Counted from the first letter of the stretch, positions 54,905-64,000 are shown. The stretch: 64,000 nucleotides of DNA from Thermomicrobiales bacterium (GCA_046328375.1 JAXLWT010000031.1:607-64606), one strand, 5' to 3'. A program made the numbers and translations. Notes: a model not told the origin generated them from the letters alone.

Positions 54905-56794
54905 ATGCAGTCCCTTCGCCAGCGCTTCCTGGCCACGGTCTTGCCCGAAAGCCGGGGCTTCGAGGGCACCCCGTACATGGCCAAGTGGCTCGTACTTGGC
55001 ACGGCCATCGGCATCATCGCGGGTCTGGGCGCGGTCCTCTTTGCGCGCGCAATTGGCCTGGTCACGGACGTGCTGCTCGGCGGCATCGCGGGGTACACGC
55101 CTCCCGGGCCCCTTGGTGAAGGAGTACCGGTGATCCAGGCAATGTCTCGCCCCTGGTTGCTACCGCTGGTAACCACGCTCGGCGGGCTCCTCTCCGGGAT
55201 CCTCGTCTTCCGCTTCGCGCCCGAGGCCGAGGGACACGGCACTGACGCGGCTATCGCCGCCATCCACTACCAGGGCGGCAAGCTGCGGGCACGCGTCGCC
55301 CCGGTGAAACTGATCGCCTCCGCGCTCACGATCGGCAGCGGCGGCTCGGCCGGCCGTGAGGGGCCGGCCGCCCAGATCTCGGCCACGTTCGGATCCGTCC
55401 TGGCCACCTGGCTTGGCCTCAGCGCGCAGGATCGCCGTGTGGCGGTTGCCGCCGGCATGGGCGCGGGCATTGGCGCCATCTTCCGCGCACCGTTGGGCGG
55501 CGCCGTGATGGCGACCGAAATTCTCTACCTGCATGACTTCGAGGTTGAGGCCCTCATCCCCGCGCTGATCGCTTCCATCGTTGGGTACAGTGTTTTCGGC
55601 TTCTTCGAGGGGTGGGACCCCATCTTCGGCGCTCAGCCGGGGCTGGCGTTCGAGAACCCAGCCACGCTCGTCTACTACGCGCTGCTCGGCGTGATCTGTG
55701 GCCTGATCGGCCTTCTCTACGCACGCAGCTTCTACGGGATTGAGGCGATCTTCCACCGCTTGCACCTGCCACGCTGGACGAAGCCGGCGCTGGGTGGGTT
55801 GCTCGTTGGCCTGCTCGGTCTGGTGGTGACCGGCGCCATTCACACTGGTTACGGCTGGGTGCAGATCGCGATGTCGCCGGACCTGCTGACCCTTCCGCTC
55901 TGGATCGTCCTCGTTCTCCCCTTCGCCAAAATCCTGGCGACCTCCCTGACCGTGGGATCGGGTGGATCGGGCGGCATTTTCGGGCCAGGCATGGTGATCG
56001 GTGGGTTCGTGGGCGCGGCCTTCTGGCGGCTGGGCCACGGCCTGCTGCCCGGGTTGCCAGAGAGCCCTGCACCCTTCGTCATCGTTGGCATGATCGCGCT
56101 CTTCGGGGGCATTGCACACGCCCCACTGGCCATGCTGCTCATGGTCGGGGAGATGACCGGGAATCTCTCGCTGCTGGCTCCGGCCATGATCGCTGTCGCG
56201 CTCTCGACGGCACTCGTCGGCGACGAAACGATCTACCGCAGCCAGCTTCCGGACCGCAGCAGCGCACCCGCCCACCGCGTGCGCCTCAGCTTTCCGCTCC
56301 TCTCCTCACTGCGTGTGCGTGACGCCATGACCGCGCTCCCAGCCGGAGAACTCACAGCCGGAGCGCCGAATAGCGCCCTGCTTCTCTCGCCAGAAACGAC
56401 CCTGGATGATGCGCTGGAGCAGATCACGGCTGCCGACGCCAACCAGGCGACGGTCCTCGAACGCGAGCAGCCCGTTGGGCACCTGACCACGCGCGATATC
56501 GTCGCGACCTACAAGCTCGCCCTGGCCCGCGGCGTACGGCGCACGCGTCGCCTGGGCGTCGAAAGCTCGCTGCTGGAGGCAACGGTCGCGGTGGCCTCTC
56601 CCCTGGCCGGGAAGATGCTCAAGGAGATCCCGTTCCCATCAGGCGCGCTGGTCGTCTCCATCACGCGGGATGAAGGGACGGTCTTCCCTCGCGGCGACAC
56701 CGAACTCCAGGCTGGAGACCGCGTCATGCTCGTCACGGATGCCCGCAACGAAAGCGCGGTGCGCACTTTCCTGGAAACGCAGACCGCCGCGTGA
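54905..56794 (+). CDS. ClC-family chloride channel / H+-Cl- antiporter with C-terminal CBS-like and TrkA-C (RCK_C) domains
   Basis: The selectivity-filter motifs are GSGGSAGREGP and GSGGIFGPGM. There are about 10-12 TM helices. The C-terminus reads LAGKMLKEIPFPSGALVVSITRDEGTVFPRGDTELQAGDRVMLV. Confidence 0.9.
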   Translation: MQSLRQRFLATVLPESRGFEGTPYMAKWLVLGTAIGIIAGLGAVLFARAIGLVTDVLLGGIAGYTPPGPLGEGVPVIQAMSRPWLLPLVTTLGGLLSGILVFRFAPEAEGHGTDAAIAAIHYQGGKLRARVAPVKLIASALTIGSGGSAGREGPAAQISATFGSVLATWLGLSAQDRRVAVAAGMGAGIGAIFRAPLGGAVMATEILYLHDFEVEALIPALIASIVGYSVFGFFEGWDPIFGAQPGLAFENPATLVYYALLGVICGLIGLLYARSFYGIEAIFHRLHLPRWTKPALGGLLVGLLGLVVTGAIHTGYGWVQIAMSPDLLTLPLWIVLVLPFAKILATSLTVGSGGSGGIFGPGMVIGGFVGAAFWRLGHGLLPGLPESPAPFVIVGMIALFGGIAHAPLAMLLMVGEMTGNLSLLAPAMIAVALSTALVGDETIYRSQLPDRSSAPAHRVRLSFPLLSSLRVRDAMTALPAGELTAGAPNSALLLSPETTLDDALEQITAADANQATVLEREQPVGHLTTRDIVATYKLALARGVRRTRRLGVESSLLEATVAVASPLAGKMLKEIPFPSGALVVSITRDEGTVFPRGDTELQAGDRVMLVTDARNESAVRTFLETQTAA

Positions 56795-56977
56795 AGCCAA
56801 CCGGGTGTAAGCCCCTCCGCTTACCAGAGGTCCCTGCTCAGCATTGCCGGATGTGAAACCCGAAGGCCCGGGGGGAGCCGGCTGCATTGACGACGCTTGC
56901 TGCACCACGAGCGGCCGCGGTTACCGGCGCCCCAGAACCGTGGCTGTGGAATGCCACACGAGCGTACTGACATCCTT

Positions 56978-57697
56978 TCAGCCAGCTACCGGCGGACCCT
57001 CTGCAATATCGACGAGCAGATCGGCCAGGTCATCCGGCCGCGAGAGGAATGGCGAATGCGAACTGGTGAACTCGCGGCTGGCGCTCGCCAGGGCAGCAAA
57101 CTGGCGCTGCACGGCAGGTGGGATCGCCTTGTCCTCCGTCAGGAGGATGTAGGTCGTGGGGCGGGTGTGCCAGGAGGCCGCAGTGTTGGCCCAGCCCATT
57201 ACCTGTTGCGCCTGGGGCCGCAGGCGTTCCACCGCCCAGGCGGCAATCTCAGGCGTGCAATCCGCGAAGAAAAAGGGAACGGCAAGATCCCTGTCCAGGA
57301 TGCAGGAGCCATCGTCACGCAGGCCAACGAATGGCGGCAACGGTCCTGGCGGGAAGTAAGAGAGGTACGATCGTCCAATCTCAGGCATGAATGCGCCGAG
57401 CATGATGAACTGCCGCACATTGGGGCCAAAGCTCGCCTCGGCGACGACCGCCCCGCCGTAGGAATGCCCCACGACCACGGTGTTTGCTCCCATGGCGGCG
57501 GCGGCCGCCGTGACAGTGGCCGCATCATCCGCGAAGGTGCCCAGCCGGGCCGGATCATCACCGACTGACGCAAGAGAGACCGTTTCCGAGGCATACCCCC
57601 GGAGCTCCAACGCCGTGCGCAAGAGGTCAAAGCACCAGGGTCCGTGCCATGAGCCATGTACCAGGAGAAACGCTGGCCGAAGAGGCGTGTCCATCAT
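56978..57697 (-). CDS. Alpha/beta hydrolase
   Basis: Family strings: FLLVHGSWHGPWCF...VVGHSYGG (nucleophile elbow)...SHSPFLSRP. The start is ATG 57697 or 57694. Confidence 0.85.
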   Translation of the reverse strand: MMDTPLRPAFLLVHGSWHGPWCFDLLRTALELRGYASETVSLASVGDDPARLGTFADDAATVTAAAAAMGANTVVVGHSYGGAVVAEASFGPNVRQFIMLGAFMPEIGRSYLSYFPPGPLPPFVGLRDDGSCILDRDLAVPFFFADCTPEIAAWAVERLRPQAQQVMGWANTAASWHTRPTTYILLTEDKAIPPAVQRQFAALASASREFTSSHSPFLSRPDDLADLLVDIAEGPPVAG

Positions 57698-57835
57698 TCT
57701 TCTCCCGTCGTGACGAGAAAATGGCGCGGCGGATCCGCTCCGGGAGAAGTACGATCATCAAGGCCCTATGGATCATGGATGCCAGGGCCGCGAGTGGCGC
57801 GGGAGCGGTAGAGCGGCGGCACCTCAGGCGTGTGA

Positions 57836-58714
57836 TTACACCGAGGCAGGGCGGATCCGCGTAACCACCTCGTCTGCCAGGCGCGTCGGCATCCCCGCGA
57901 CGAACGGGCGTTGCATGATCAGCACGATGTGGGTTGCGCCCGCATCGACGAACTCCTGCACCTCACGCACGGCGCGCGGGAGATCGTCGAAGTCGATGCG
58001 GTACTGGGTCGAAAGTTCGATCTCCGCCGGATCCCGTGCGACGTCGGCGCAGTGCTGTCGCAGCACGTTCACCTTGTGGCGGAATGTCTCGACATCGCCA
58101 CCGCCGAAGTTCCAGAGATCTGCCTGCCGCGCCACCACGCGCAGCGTCAGTTGCTCGCCGCTGCCCCCAATGAGGATAGGCGGGTGGGGCTGCTGCACCG
58201 GTTTCGGGTCCACGCGTGCCTCGCGCAGCTGGTAATAGCGGCCATCGTGGGTGACGGCCTCCTCCGTCCAGAGCCGCCGCGCGATCACGATCCCCTCCTC
58301 CATGCGCCTGATGCGCTCGCCCGGCGGTGGCAGAGGGATATTGCGGCTCTCGTGCTCGTAGACGGCCCACCCCGCGCCCATGCCGTAATCGACGCGGCCG
58401 CCGGAGATGACGTCGGCGTGGGCGGCAATCTGCGCGTGCATGGCTGGATCCCGGTAGGTGTTACAACCGGTCATCAGGCCCAGGCGCAGGCGGGATGTTT
58501 GCGTCGCCAGCGCGGTCAGCAGTGTCCACGGTTCGAAGCAAGGCCCGATGATCTCAGGGCCAGCGGCCGCAGCCGTGTCGACCGGGTTCAGGTGGTCAAA
58601 AAGCCAGCCGTGCTCGAAGACAGGAATGGCATCTGCCTCCTGCCAGACAGCCAGCAGGTCCTGATACGTCGTGTGCTGCTGGGGGGTCTTGAAGCCGAAT
58701 CGCAGGCGTGGCAC
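57836..58714 (-). CDS. LLM-class (luciferase-like) F420-dependent oxidoreductase
   Basis: GTG start after AAGGGAGAGGG. Family strings: RFGFKTPQQHTTY...HGWLFDHL...RLGLMTGCNTYRDPAM...GGRVDYGMGAGW. Confidence 0.9.
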   Translation of the reverse strand: MPRLRFGFKTPQQHTTYQDLLAVWQEADAIPVFEHGWLFDHLNPVDTAAAAGPEIIGPCFEPWTLLTALATQTSRLRLGLMTGCNTYRDPAMHAQIAAHADVISGGRVDYGMGAGWAVYEHESRNIPLPPPGERIRRMEEGIVIARRLWTEEAVTHDGRYYQLREARVDPKPVQQPHPPILIGGSGEQLTLRVVARQADLWNFGGGDVETFRHKVNVLRQHCADVARDPAEIELSTQYRIDFDDLPRAVREVQEFVDAGATHIVLIMQRPFVAGMPTRLADEVVTRIRPASV

Positions 58715-59139
58715 GTGGCGCCCTCTCCCTTGTGTGCGGGCAACGGATCACCGCCGCCCCGGTCAGATGGGGCTCACGATAACCAAACTGGATGAGGCCG
58801 TACAGAGCCAATCGCGCTCAGGCGCATGAGCGGCAAGCGCGGCAGGTGCCGGGCCGAGATGCGCAACGGCAACCGGTTGCGACTTTCCAGCGCCACACCG
58901 TCGGCAACGTGAGCGGGCGGCATGATCTCCCCTTGAATAGCAGCGATCTGCAGGGACGCGCAGCACGTCACCTATCTCAGCGTAAAGGTGCGCAGCGAGC
59001 GTCCGCGGGGTGCTCCGTGTCGAGCATCACCATCTCCGCTCGACGTCCCGGCCGCCGCGGCGGCCCATTCGCCTAGACTCCCAGTGACCAGAGGCACGGG
59101 ATCCTTCTCCACCGGAAGATCGTCCCGGCAAGGAGTGTC

Positions 59140-60465
59140 ATGCGTCCCCTCGAATGGTGCCTCGTCTTCGCGTTTCTCCCCCTCATCCTGCTTGCATTCG
59201 GTCCACCAGCGTGGCGCAGGTACTGGCGGCCGTTGAGCGTCACACCTGCGCTCGTCGCCGTACTCCAGGTCGTGCTGGAAGGTTGGCGCTGGCAGCTCAT
59301 TCCGCTCTACCTGCTGGCGACTGCCATCCCGCTCGTTGCCATTGCGCGTCGTGGCAAGCCCCTCGCACGCTGGTTACGCCTGGCCACCGGAGTCGTCCTG
59401 GCTGGCGTCGTGCTCGGGTCGACCGTCCTCGCCGGATGGGTCCTGCCCGTCATCACGTTACCCACCCCAACAGGCCCCTACGCCGTGGGAGTGATGGACC
59501 GCGAGTTGGTGGACCCGGCCCGGGACCGCCGCCTGATGGCCAGTGTCTGGTATCCGGCAGCCGCTGCCGGTGATCCGGCACCCTTCACCCACTACCCGGA
59601 TCAGCTCATGACCGGGATGGCGAACCTCACCGGGCTGCCCGGCATCGTGTTCCAGCACCTGCGGTACATCGACGTGGCGGCGAGTGATGGCGCACCAATC
59701 CTGGACGTCGCGGAGCCATTCCCGGTCCTCGTCTTCTCTCACGGAATGGTCGGGATGCGGCTACAAAACGCCTCCATGCTCCAGGATCTCGCCAGTTGGG
59801 GCTACGTGGTGCTGGCGCTCGACCACACGGACGCGGCGGCGGTGACGACCTTCCCGGACGGCGAAACGCGCCTCTACGATCCCACGCGCTTCGGCTTGCC
59901 CGCCGACGCAGCGCCGAGCAAAGAAGCTGTCGAGGCCAACGTGTTCCCGGTCTGGGTAGCGGACCAGCAGTTCGCGATTGACACGCTGGAGGCGTGGCAG
60001 GCGAGCGATCCCGTCTTCGCCGGCAAACTCGACCTGGCCAGGCTCGGTGCGTTCGGGCACTCCTTCGGTGGGGCTACCTCCCTCGAGGTCTGCCGCATCG
60101 ATGACCGCTGCCGCGCCGCTGTTGATCTGGACGGCGGCCTCTACGGCGGCATGCTGGAACAGCCAGCCACACGGCCCATGCTGCTGGTCAGTTCCGCGTC
60201 CAGCGGCGGTGACGATGTCGCCCGGGCAGCATGGCGCCAGGCGGTGGACCGGGCGCAGGGACCTGCCAGCTGGCTGGAGTTGCCAGGGAGCAGCCACCTC
60301 TCGTTTACCGATTCGGAGTTGCTCTCGCCGCTGCTACTGCCGGCCGGGTTCGAGCCCCGGGCTGGACTGGCAAAGGTTGATCATGACCTGCGGCTCTTTT
60401 TCGACACCTACCTGCGTGGGCAGACGCAAACCGGAGACTACCTGCTTCCGGCTGTGACGCCGTAG
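59140..60465 (+). CDS. Membrane-anchored alpha/beta hydrolase (PAF-acetylhydrolase / lipase-like)
   Basis: AAGGAG lies 5 nt before the ATG. There are about 4 N-terminal TM helices. Also present: PVLVFSHGM and the nucleophile elbow GHSFGG. Confidence 0.8.
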   Translation: MRPLEWCLVFAFLPLILLAFGPPAWRRYWRPLSVTPALVAVLQVVLEGWRWQLIPLYLLATAIPLVAIARRGKPLARWLRLATGVVLAGVVLGSTVLAGWVLPVITLPTPTGPYAVGVMDRELVDPARDRRLMASVWYPAAAAGDPAPFTHYPDQLMTGMANLTGLPGIVFQHLRYIDVAASDGAPILDVAEPFPVLVFSHGMVGMRLQNASMLQDLASWGYVVLALDHTDAAAVTTFPDGETRLYDPTRFGLPADAAPSKEAVEANVFPVWVADQQFAIDTLEAWQASDPVFAGKLDLARLGAFGHSFGGATSLEVCRIDDRCRAAVDLDGGLYGGMLEQPATRPMLLVSSASSGGDDVARAAWRQAVDRAQGPASWLELPGSSHLSFTDSELLSPLLLPAGFEPRAGLAKVDHDLRLFFDTYLRGQTQTGDYLLPAVTP

Positions 60466-60489
60466 CGACACCGGCCTGAGCGTGTGCCC

Positions 60490-61644
60490 CTACGCCACCC
60501 CGGCCACACTCAGGACGCGTCGCATCCGGTCGTTCGCCAGGTCGGGGTCGCGCAGGAGCCTCGCCTGATCGGCCAGCATGAAGAGCCGCGCCAGGTGCAC
60601 GGTGGAGCGCTGCCCCTCGGCCGCCCCGATCATGCGGAAGTGGTCCTGGTAGCCGTTGAGATAGGCCATGAAGACCACACCCGTCTTGTAGAAGCGGGTC
60701 GGCGCCGCGAAGAGATGCCGCGCGAAAGGGACGGTCGGAGCCAGGATCTCCTCGTAGCGCACAACGTCGCCAGCATCGAGCGCTTGCAAGGCGGCAGCGG
60801 CGGCCGGCGCTATCGGATCAAAGACACCCAGCAGCGCGTCACTGTGCCGCATCCCGTCGCCCAGGATCAGGTCGGGATAGTTGAAGTCGTCCCCGGTGTA
60901 CATGCGCACGCCCGCGGGCAACCGCGAGCGCAGCGTGATCTCCTGCGCATCGTCCAGGAGTGAGAGTTTGACCCCGTCGATCTTCGCGGCGTGACGGGTC
61001 AGGACATCGACGCAGACATCCATGGCCACCGCCAGGTCACGGGAGCCCCAATACCCAGTCAACGCGGGGTCGAACATGTCACCCAGCCAGTGAATGATCA
61101 CCGGCTGCTGCACCTGGGCCAGGATGCGGTCGTAAACAGCGATGTAGTCCTCAGGGCTGGTGGCCAGGGCGGCCAGCGCGCGGCTCGCCATGAGGATGAC
61201 GCGCGCCCCCTGTGCCTCGACAAACGCCACCTGCGTTTCATAGGCCTGGGCGACGTCCTCCAGCGAGGCGGCATCCTGTGGCGAGAGCTGGTCGGTACCA
61301 GCCCCGCAGGCGATGACAGCGCCGGGGGTGGCCAGCGCCTCACGCACGGCGCGCCGAATCAACTCCTGCGCCGCCGTCCAGTCCAGTCCCATGCCGCGCT
61401 GCGCGGTATCCATCGCCTCCGCCACGGCCAGCCCTTGCCCCCAGAGCACGTGCCGGAAGGCCAGCGTCGCGTCCCAGTCAACGCACGGTTGGGTGGTGGG
61501 ATCGGCGGCGGTGAGCGGATCGGCGACCACGTGCGCGGCGGCGTAGGCAACCCGGCTGGTGCTCGGTGCGCTCGTTTCCGGCCAGGGCGCCGCATTGGTC
61601 GCCGCGTATTCGATCCAGCTTCCATCTCCCACAGGCAAGCGCAT
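60490..61644 (-). CDS. DUF993-family protein (TIM-barrel-like; common in sugar/inositol clusters)
   Basis: ATG 61644. Translation begins MRLPVGDGSWIEYAA...RVAYAAAHVVADPL...VDWDATLAFRHVLWGQGLAVAEAMDTAQRGMGLDW. The family call is from memory of DUF993 N-terminal strings. Confidence 0.7.
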   Translation of the reverse strand: MRLPVGDGSWIEYAATNAAPWPETSAPSTSRVAYAAAHVVADPLTAADPTTQPCVDWDATLAFRHVLWGQGLAVAEAMDTAQRGMGLDWTAAQELIRRAVREALATPGAVIACGAGTDQLSPQDAASLEDVAQAYETQVAFVEAQGARVILMASRALAALATSPEDYIAVYDRILAQVQQPVIIHWLGDMFDPALTGYWGSRDLAVAMDVCVDVLTRHAAKIDGVKLSLLDDAQEITLRSRLPAGVRMYTGDDFNYPDLILGDGMRHSDALLGVFDPIAPAAAAALQALDAGDVVRYEEILAPTVPFARHLFAAPTRFYKTGVVFMAYLNGYQDHFRMIGAAEGQRSTVHLARLFMLADQARLLRDPDLANDRMRRVLSVAGVA

Positions 61645-61687
61645 CAGGTGTTCTCCGGTCCTTGCGTTACAGTGTCCATTCCGTGTC

Positions 61688-61753
61688 GTCTCGAGCTTGG
61701 CGAGAGACCTCGCGGTGTGCGGGAAGATGGAAATGACGAAATCCCTCGACTTC
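61688..61753 (-). repeat. Structured intergenic element, copy A (between the LacI stop and the DUF993 start)
   Basis: On the minus strand it reads GAAGTCGAGGGATTTCGTC, about 20 nt, then CGCGAGGTCTCTCGCCAAGCTCGAGAC. Its 3' arm is near-identical to copy B. Confidence 0.6.
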
Positions 61754-61785
61754 ACTCGGGATGACACGTATTTTTGCGCGCCGCG

Positions 61786-62829
61786 TTACCTCGCTGCCCC
61801 ACATGAACGGCGCACGATCAGCGCCGGCGGCAGCACAATCTGCTGCACTGGGCCGCCCCCCGCTCCTTCGATGCGGTCCACCAGCAGTTGCACCGCGATC
61901 CGGCCCAGGTCGGGCGTGCGTCCATCCACCGTCGTCAGCGGCACCGCCGCCACCCGGGCAAACGAGATATTGTCGAAGCTGACCAGGGCAAGATCCTCCG
62001 GGATTGCCCAGCCGCTCGCCTGTGCCGCCTCCAGCACGCCGAGCGCCATGGCATCGCTACCGACAAAGAGCGCGGTGGGCCGCTCAGGTGCGTGAAAGAG
62101 GTGCAGGGCGCCGCGCAGCCCGGCGTCCATGCCGGATTCGGTGACCACCACCCACTCCGGGGCGACCGTTAGCCCTGCCGCCTGCATCGCATCGCGGAAG
62201 CCGCGCAGGCGCTCCCGGAACGCAACCACCTCGACCGGTCCGCCGAGGTAGCCAATGGCGCGGTGTCCCAGGTTGATCAGGTGGCGCGTGGCCATCACTG
62301 CCCCGGCGTGGTTGTCCGGAATCACGAAGTCCGCGGCGACGCCCTCCAGGTGCCGGCTGACCATCACGATCTTGTCACCCGCGTCAACAAGCCGGGTCAA
62401 CTCGCGGTCATCCACCCGTACGGAGGCGAAGAGGATGCCATCCACCCGTTTCCGGCGCAGGTTCTCCACCAGCGACTGTTCACGCCGCGCGTCAGCTCCG
62501 GTGCTGACCAGGATCAGGTCGTACCCACGCCGCGAGGCTTCACTGTCGATCGCTGCCACCAGGTCGGGGTAGAACGGGTTGGTGATGCTGGGAATCACCA
62601 CCGCCAGGGAACCGGTGCGGTTCGTGGCCAGGCTGCGCGCCAACTGGTTGGGCCGGAAATCCAGCTCGGCGATCGCCTCCCGGATGCGCAGGGCGGCTCC
62701 GTCCGAGACATACGGCACGCCGTTCAGGAGCTTGGAGACCGTGGACTTGGAGACTCCGGCTCGCCGGGCCACCTCATCGATGGTGGCCGGACGCGCGCCC
62801 CGCGCCGGGGTATCGAGACCGTCCGTCAC
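61786..62829 (-). CDS. LacI family transcriptional regulator
   Basis: The HTH reads ATIDEVARRAGVSKSTVSKLLNG. The GTG start overlaps the permease stop (GTGA). Confidence 0.9.
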   Translation of the reverse strand: MTDGLDTPARGARPATIDEVARRAGVSKSTVSKLLNGVPYVSDGAALRIREAIAELDFRPNQLARSLATNRTGSLAVVIPSITNPFYPDLVAAIDSEASRRGYDLILVSTGADARREQSLVENLRRKRVDGILFASVRVDDRELTRLVDAGDKIVMVSRHLEGVAADFVIPDNHAGAVMATRHLINLGHRAIGYLGGPVEVVAFRERLRGFRDAMQAAGLTVAPEWVVVTESGMDAGLRGALHLFHAPERPTALFVGSDAMALGVLEAAQASGWAIPEDLALVSFDNISFARVAAVPLTTVDGRTPDLGRIAVQLLVDRIEGAGGGPVQQIVLPPALIVRRSCGAAR

Positions 62830-63809
62830 GACCCGTTGCGCCGCCGCGCCTGGTCGACAAAGACGGCCACGATGATGACCGCACCGACGGCAACCTGCTG
62901 GTAGAACGCTGGCACGTTGTTGAGCGTCAGCCCATTCTGCAGCGCGCCCATGATCAAGGCGCCCACCACCGTGCCCAGGATGCTGCCCTGTCCTCCGGAG
63001 AGACTCGCCCCACCCATGACTGCTGCCGCGATGGCGTTCAACTCGTAGCCGGTGCCGGAGATCGGCTCTGCCGCCCCGAGGCGAGCGGTCAGGATCAGCG
63101 CCGCCACCCCCGCCAGCACGCCGGAGATCATGTAGACGGAGACGAGCCGCCGCTGCACGTTGATGCCGCTCAGCCGCGCCGCTTCCTCATTGCCGCCGAT
63201 GGCGATCACTTGCTGGCCGAACGGGGTGTAGTTGAGCGTGAGGTGCGCGAGGATCGCGATGACGGCCGCGATCACGACCGGCGCCGGAACCCCGAGGATG
63301 CGCCCGGCGATGAGCGCCTTGAACTCCGGAGGAACGCCATAGACCGGGGTGCCCTGGCTGTAGATCAGGACCAGGCCGCGCAGCAGGCTCATGGTGCCCA
63401 GCGTCACGATGAACGGCGGCAGTTTCCCTCTCGTGATCAGCAGGCCGTTGAATGCGCCCGCCAGCAGGCCGCACCCCAGCCCGGCCAGGATGGCCAACGG
63501 CACGCTCACCCCACGCGCCATCAGGTCCGCGGTCAGGTAGGCAGAGAGCGCGACGATCGAGCCCACCGAGAGGTCGATCCCCGCCGTGATGATCACGATC
63601 GTCATGCCGATGGCCAGTACGGCCGTGATCGACGACTGCAGCGCGACGTCGAGCAGGTTATCCACCCGCATGAAGGCCGGGTTCAGCCAGGCAAAGACGA
63701 CGCAGAGCGCCACCAGGCCGATGATGATCCCCGATTCCCGGCCGAGCAGGCCGCTCCAGGGACGCGGCGACGACCGCTCCATGGTGGATACATTGGGAGT
63801 TGCCGCCAT
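62826..63809 (-). CDS. Sugar ABC transporter permease (RbsC/XylH-like, BPD type 2)
   Basis: 327 aa with about 9-10 TM helices. Family strings: GIDLSVGS...FIVTLGTMSL...IGGNEEAARLSGINV. Confidence 0.9.
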   Translation of the reverse strand: MAATPNVSTMERSSPRPWSGLLGRESGIIIGLVALCVVFAWLNPAFMRVDNLLDVALQSSITAVLAIGMTIVIITAGIDLSVGSIVALSAYLTADLMARGVSVPLAILAGLGCGLLAGAFNGLLITRGKLPPFIVTLGTMSLLRGLVLIYSQGTPVYGVPPEFKALIAGRILGVPAPVVIAAVIAILAHLTLNYTPFGQQVIAIGGNEEAARLSGINVQRRLVSVYMISGVLAGVAALILTARLGAAEPISGTGYELNAIAAAVMGGASLSGGQGSILGTVVGALIMGALQNGLTLNNVPAFYQQVAVGAVIIVAVFVDQARRRNGS

Positions 63810-63848
63810 TCCTCTTACTCCTGCTTCAGTGCGCTGCCTATTACGTAC

Positions 63849-63943
63849 CTCGAGCTTGTCGAGAGACCTCGGTTACGTTGTGAGCGCCGGTGTCGCTCCG
63901 ACGTGGATGCCGGTCATTCTGGGAAACGACGTCTCTCGACTTT
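63849..63943 (-). repeat. Structured intergenic element, copy B (upstream of the permease start)
   Basis: On the minus strand it reads AAAGTCGAGAGACGTCGTTTCCC, about 48 nt, then CCGAGGTCTCTCGACAAGCTCGAG. GTCGAGAGAC and GTCTCTCGAC are perfect complements. Confidence 0.6.
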
Positions 63944-64000
63944 CCTTGAGACACGAACTGGGACGAGACACTCCTACCACGCAGACAGCCTGTGCCGCGC

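Noticed and set aside
58774-58923. 49-codon ORF with AAGGGGAG 3-5 nt before its ATG, in the long intergenic region.
   Set aside because: Its composition is Arg/Leu/Pro-rich and low-complexity, its third-position G/C bias is weaker than in neighbouring genes, and it has no recognisable motif. The evidence is not sufficient to call a gene.
63944-64000. A possible 3' end of the upstream ABC-transporter gene (ATPase) on the minus strand at the window edge.
   Set aside because: Only about 57 nt are available, and all three minus-strand frames are short or ambiguous. One frame ends …ARHRLSAW-stop at about 63974. This cannot be supported from the window.
1-64000. I searched by eye for rRNA, tRNA (GGTTCGA-type T-arms), CRISPR repeat-spacer arrays, IS elements, transposases, integrases and prophage genes.
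   Set aside because: I found none. The repeats present are short hairpins, palindromes, the 9-mer tandem and the two-copy intergenic element already listed. An eye search cannot exclude a divergent tRNA or small ncRNA. tRNAscan-SE and Infernal/Rfam would be decisive.

Overview
This is a GC-rich bacterial chromosomal segment. Codon third positions are heavily G/C, so most real genes cast long antisense 'shadow' ORFs in the six-frame track. I support about 57 protein-coding genes. By eye I found no rRNA, tRNA, CRISPR array, transposase or integrase. Gene content includes F420-type LLM and PPOX oxidoreductases, many twin-arginine (Tat) signal proteins, STAND/LuxR-type regulators, strong AGGAGG-type ribosome-binding (Shine-Dalgarno, SD) sites, and frequent GTG/TTG starts. 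This looks like Chloroflexota (Thermomicrobia-like) or Actinomycetota, but that is inference only. The layout is a mosaic of small accessory units. From left to right: a STAND regulator; LLM oxidoreductase; Tat-exported NHL protein and cell-wall amidase; Mo-oxidoreductase and formamidase; flavin amine oxidase; MidA/GGCT/YggT; secreted patatin; an HTH-STAND regulator; a divergent MurE-like ligase coupled to a double GT2; xth-PolDom-ATP ligase; MarR/TetR/MFS/GNAT units; GH88/epimerase/HAD; ilvD; a GAF histidine kinase and LuxR-STAND; LacI plus a ClC channel; and a LacI/ABC-permease/DUF993 sugar operon. The most unusual signal is a dispersed family of four small Tat-signal proteins, each carrying an extreme polybasic run next to a Cys-rich or collagen-like domain (11338, 11928, 35487 and 25850). 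Two of them have a nearly identical 22-nt quasi-palindromic box at the same distance upstream of a GTG start. A 14/17 match to that box also precedes an orphan 'leader + Cys-rich core' ORF at 41821. Other points worth a second look are the MurE paralog with a degenerate C-terminal domain fused in an operon to a two-domain glycosyltransferase, a Ku-less xth/primase-polymerase/ligase module, a repeated structured intergenic element inside the sugar operon, twin perfect palindromic operators in front of a ClC channel gene, and a probable 1-nt frameshift at the 5' end of the LuxR-STAND gene. All functional calls come from reading the translations and recalled family motifs. No database search was run.
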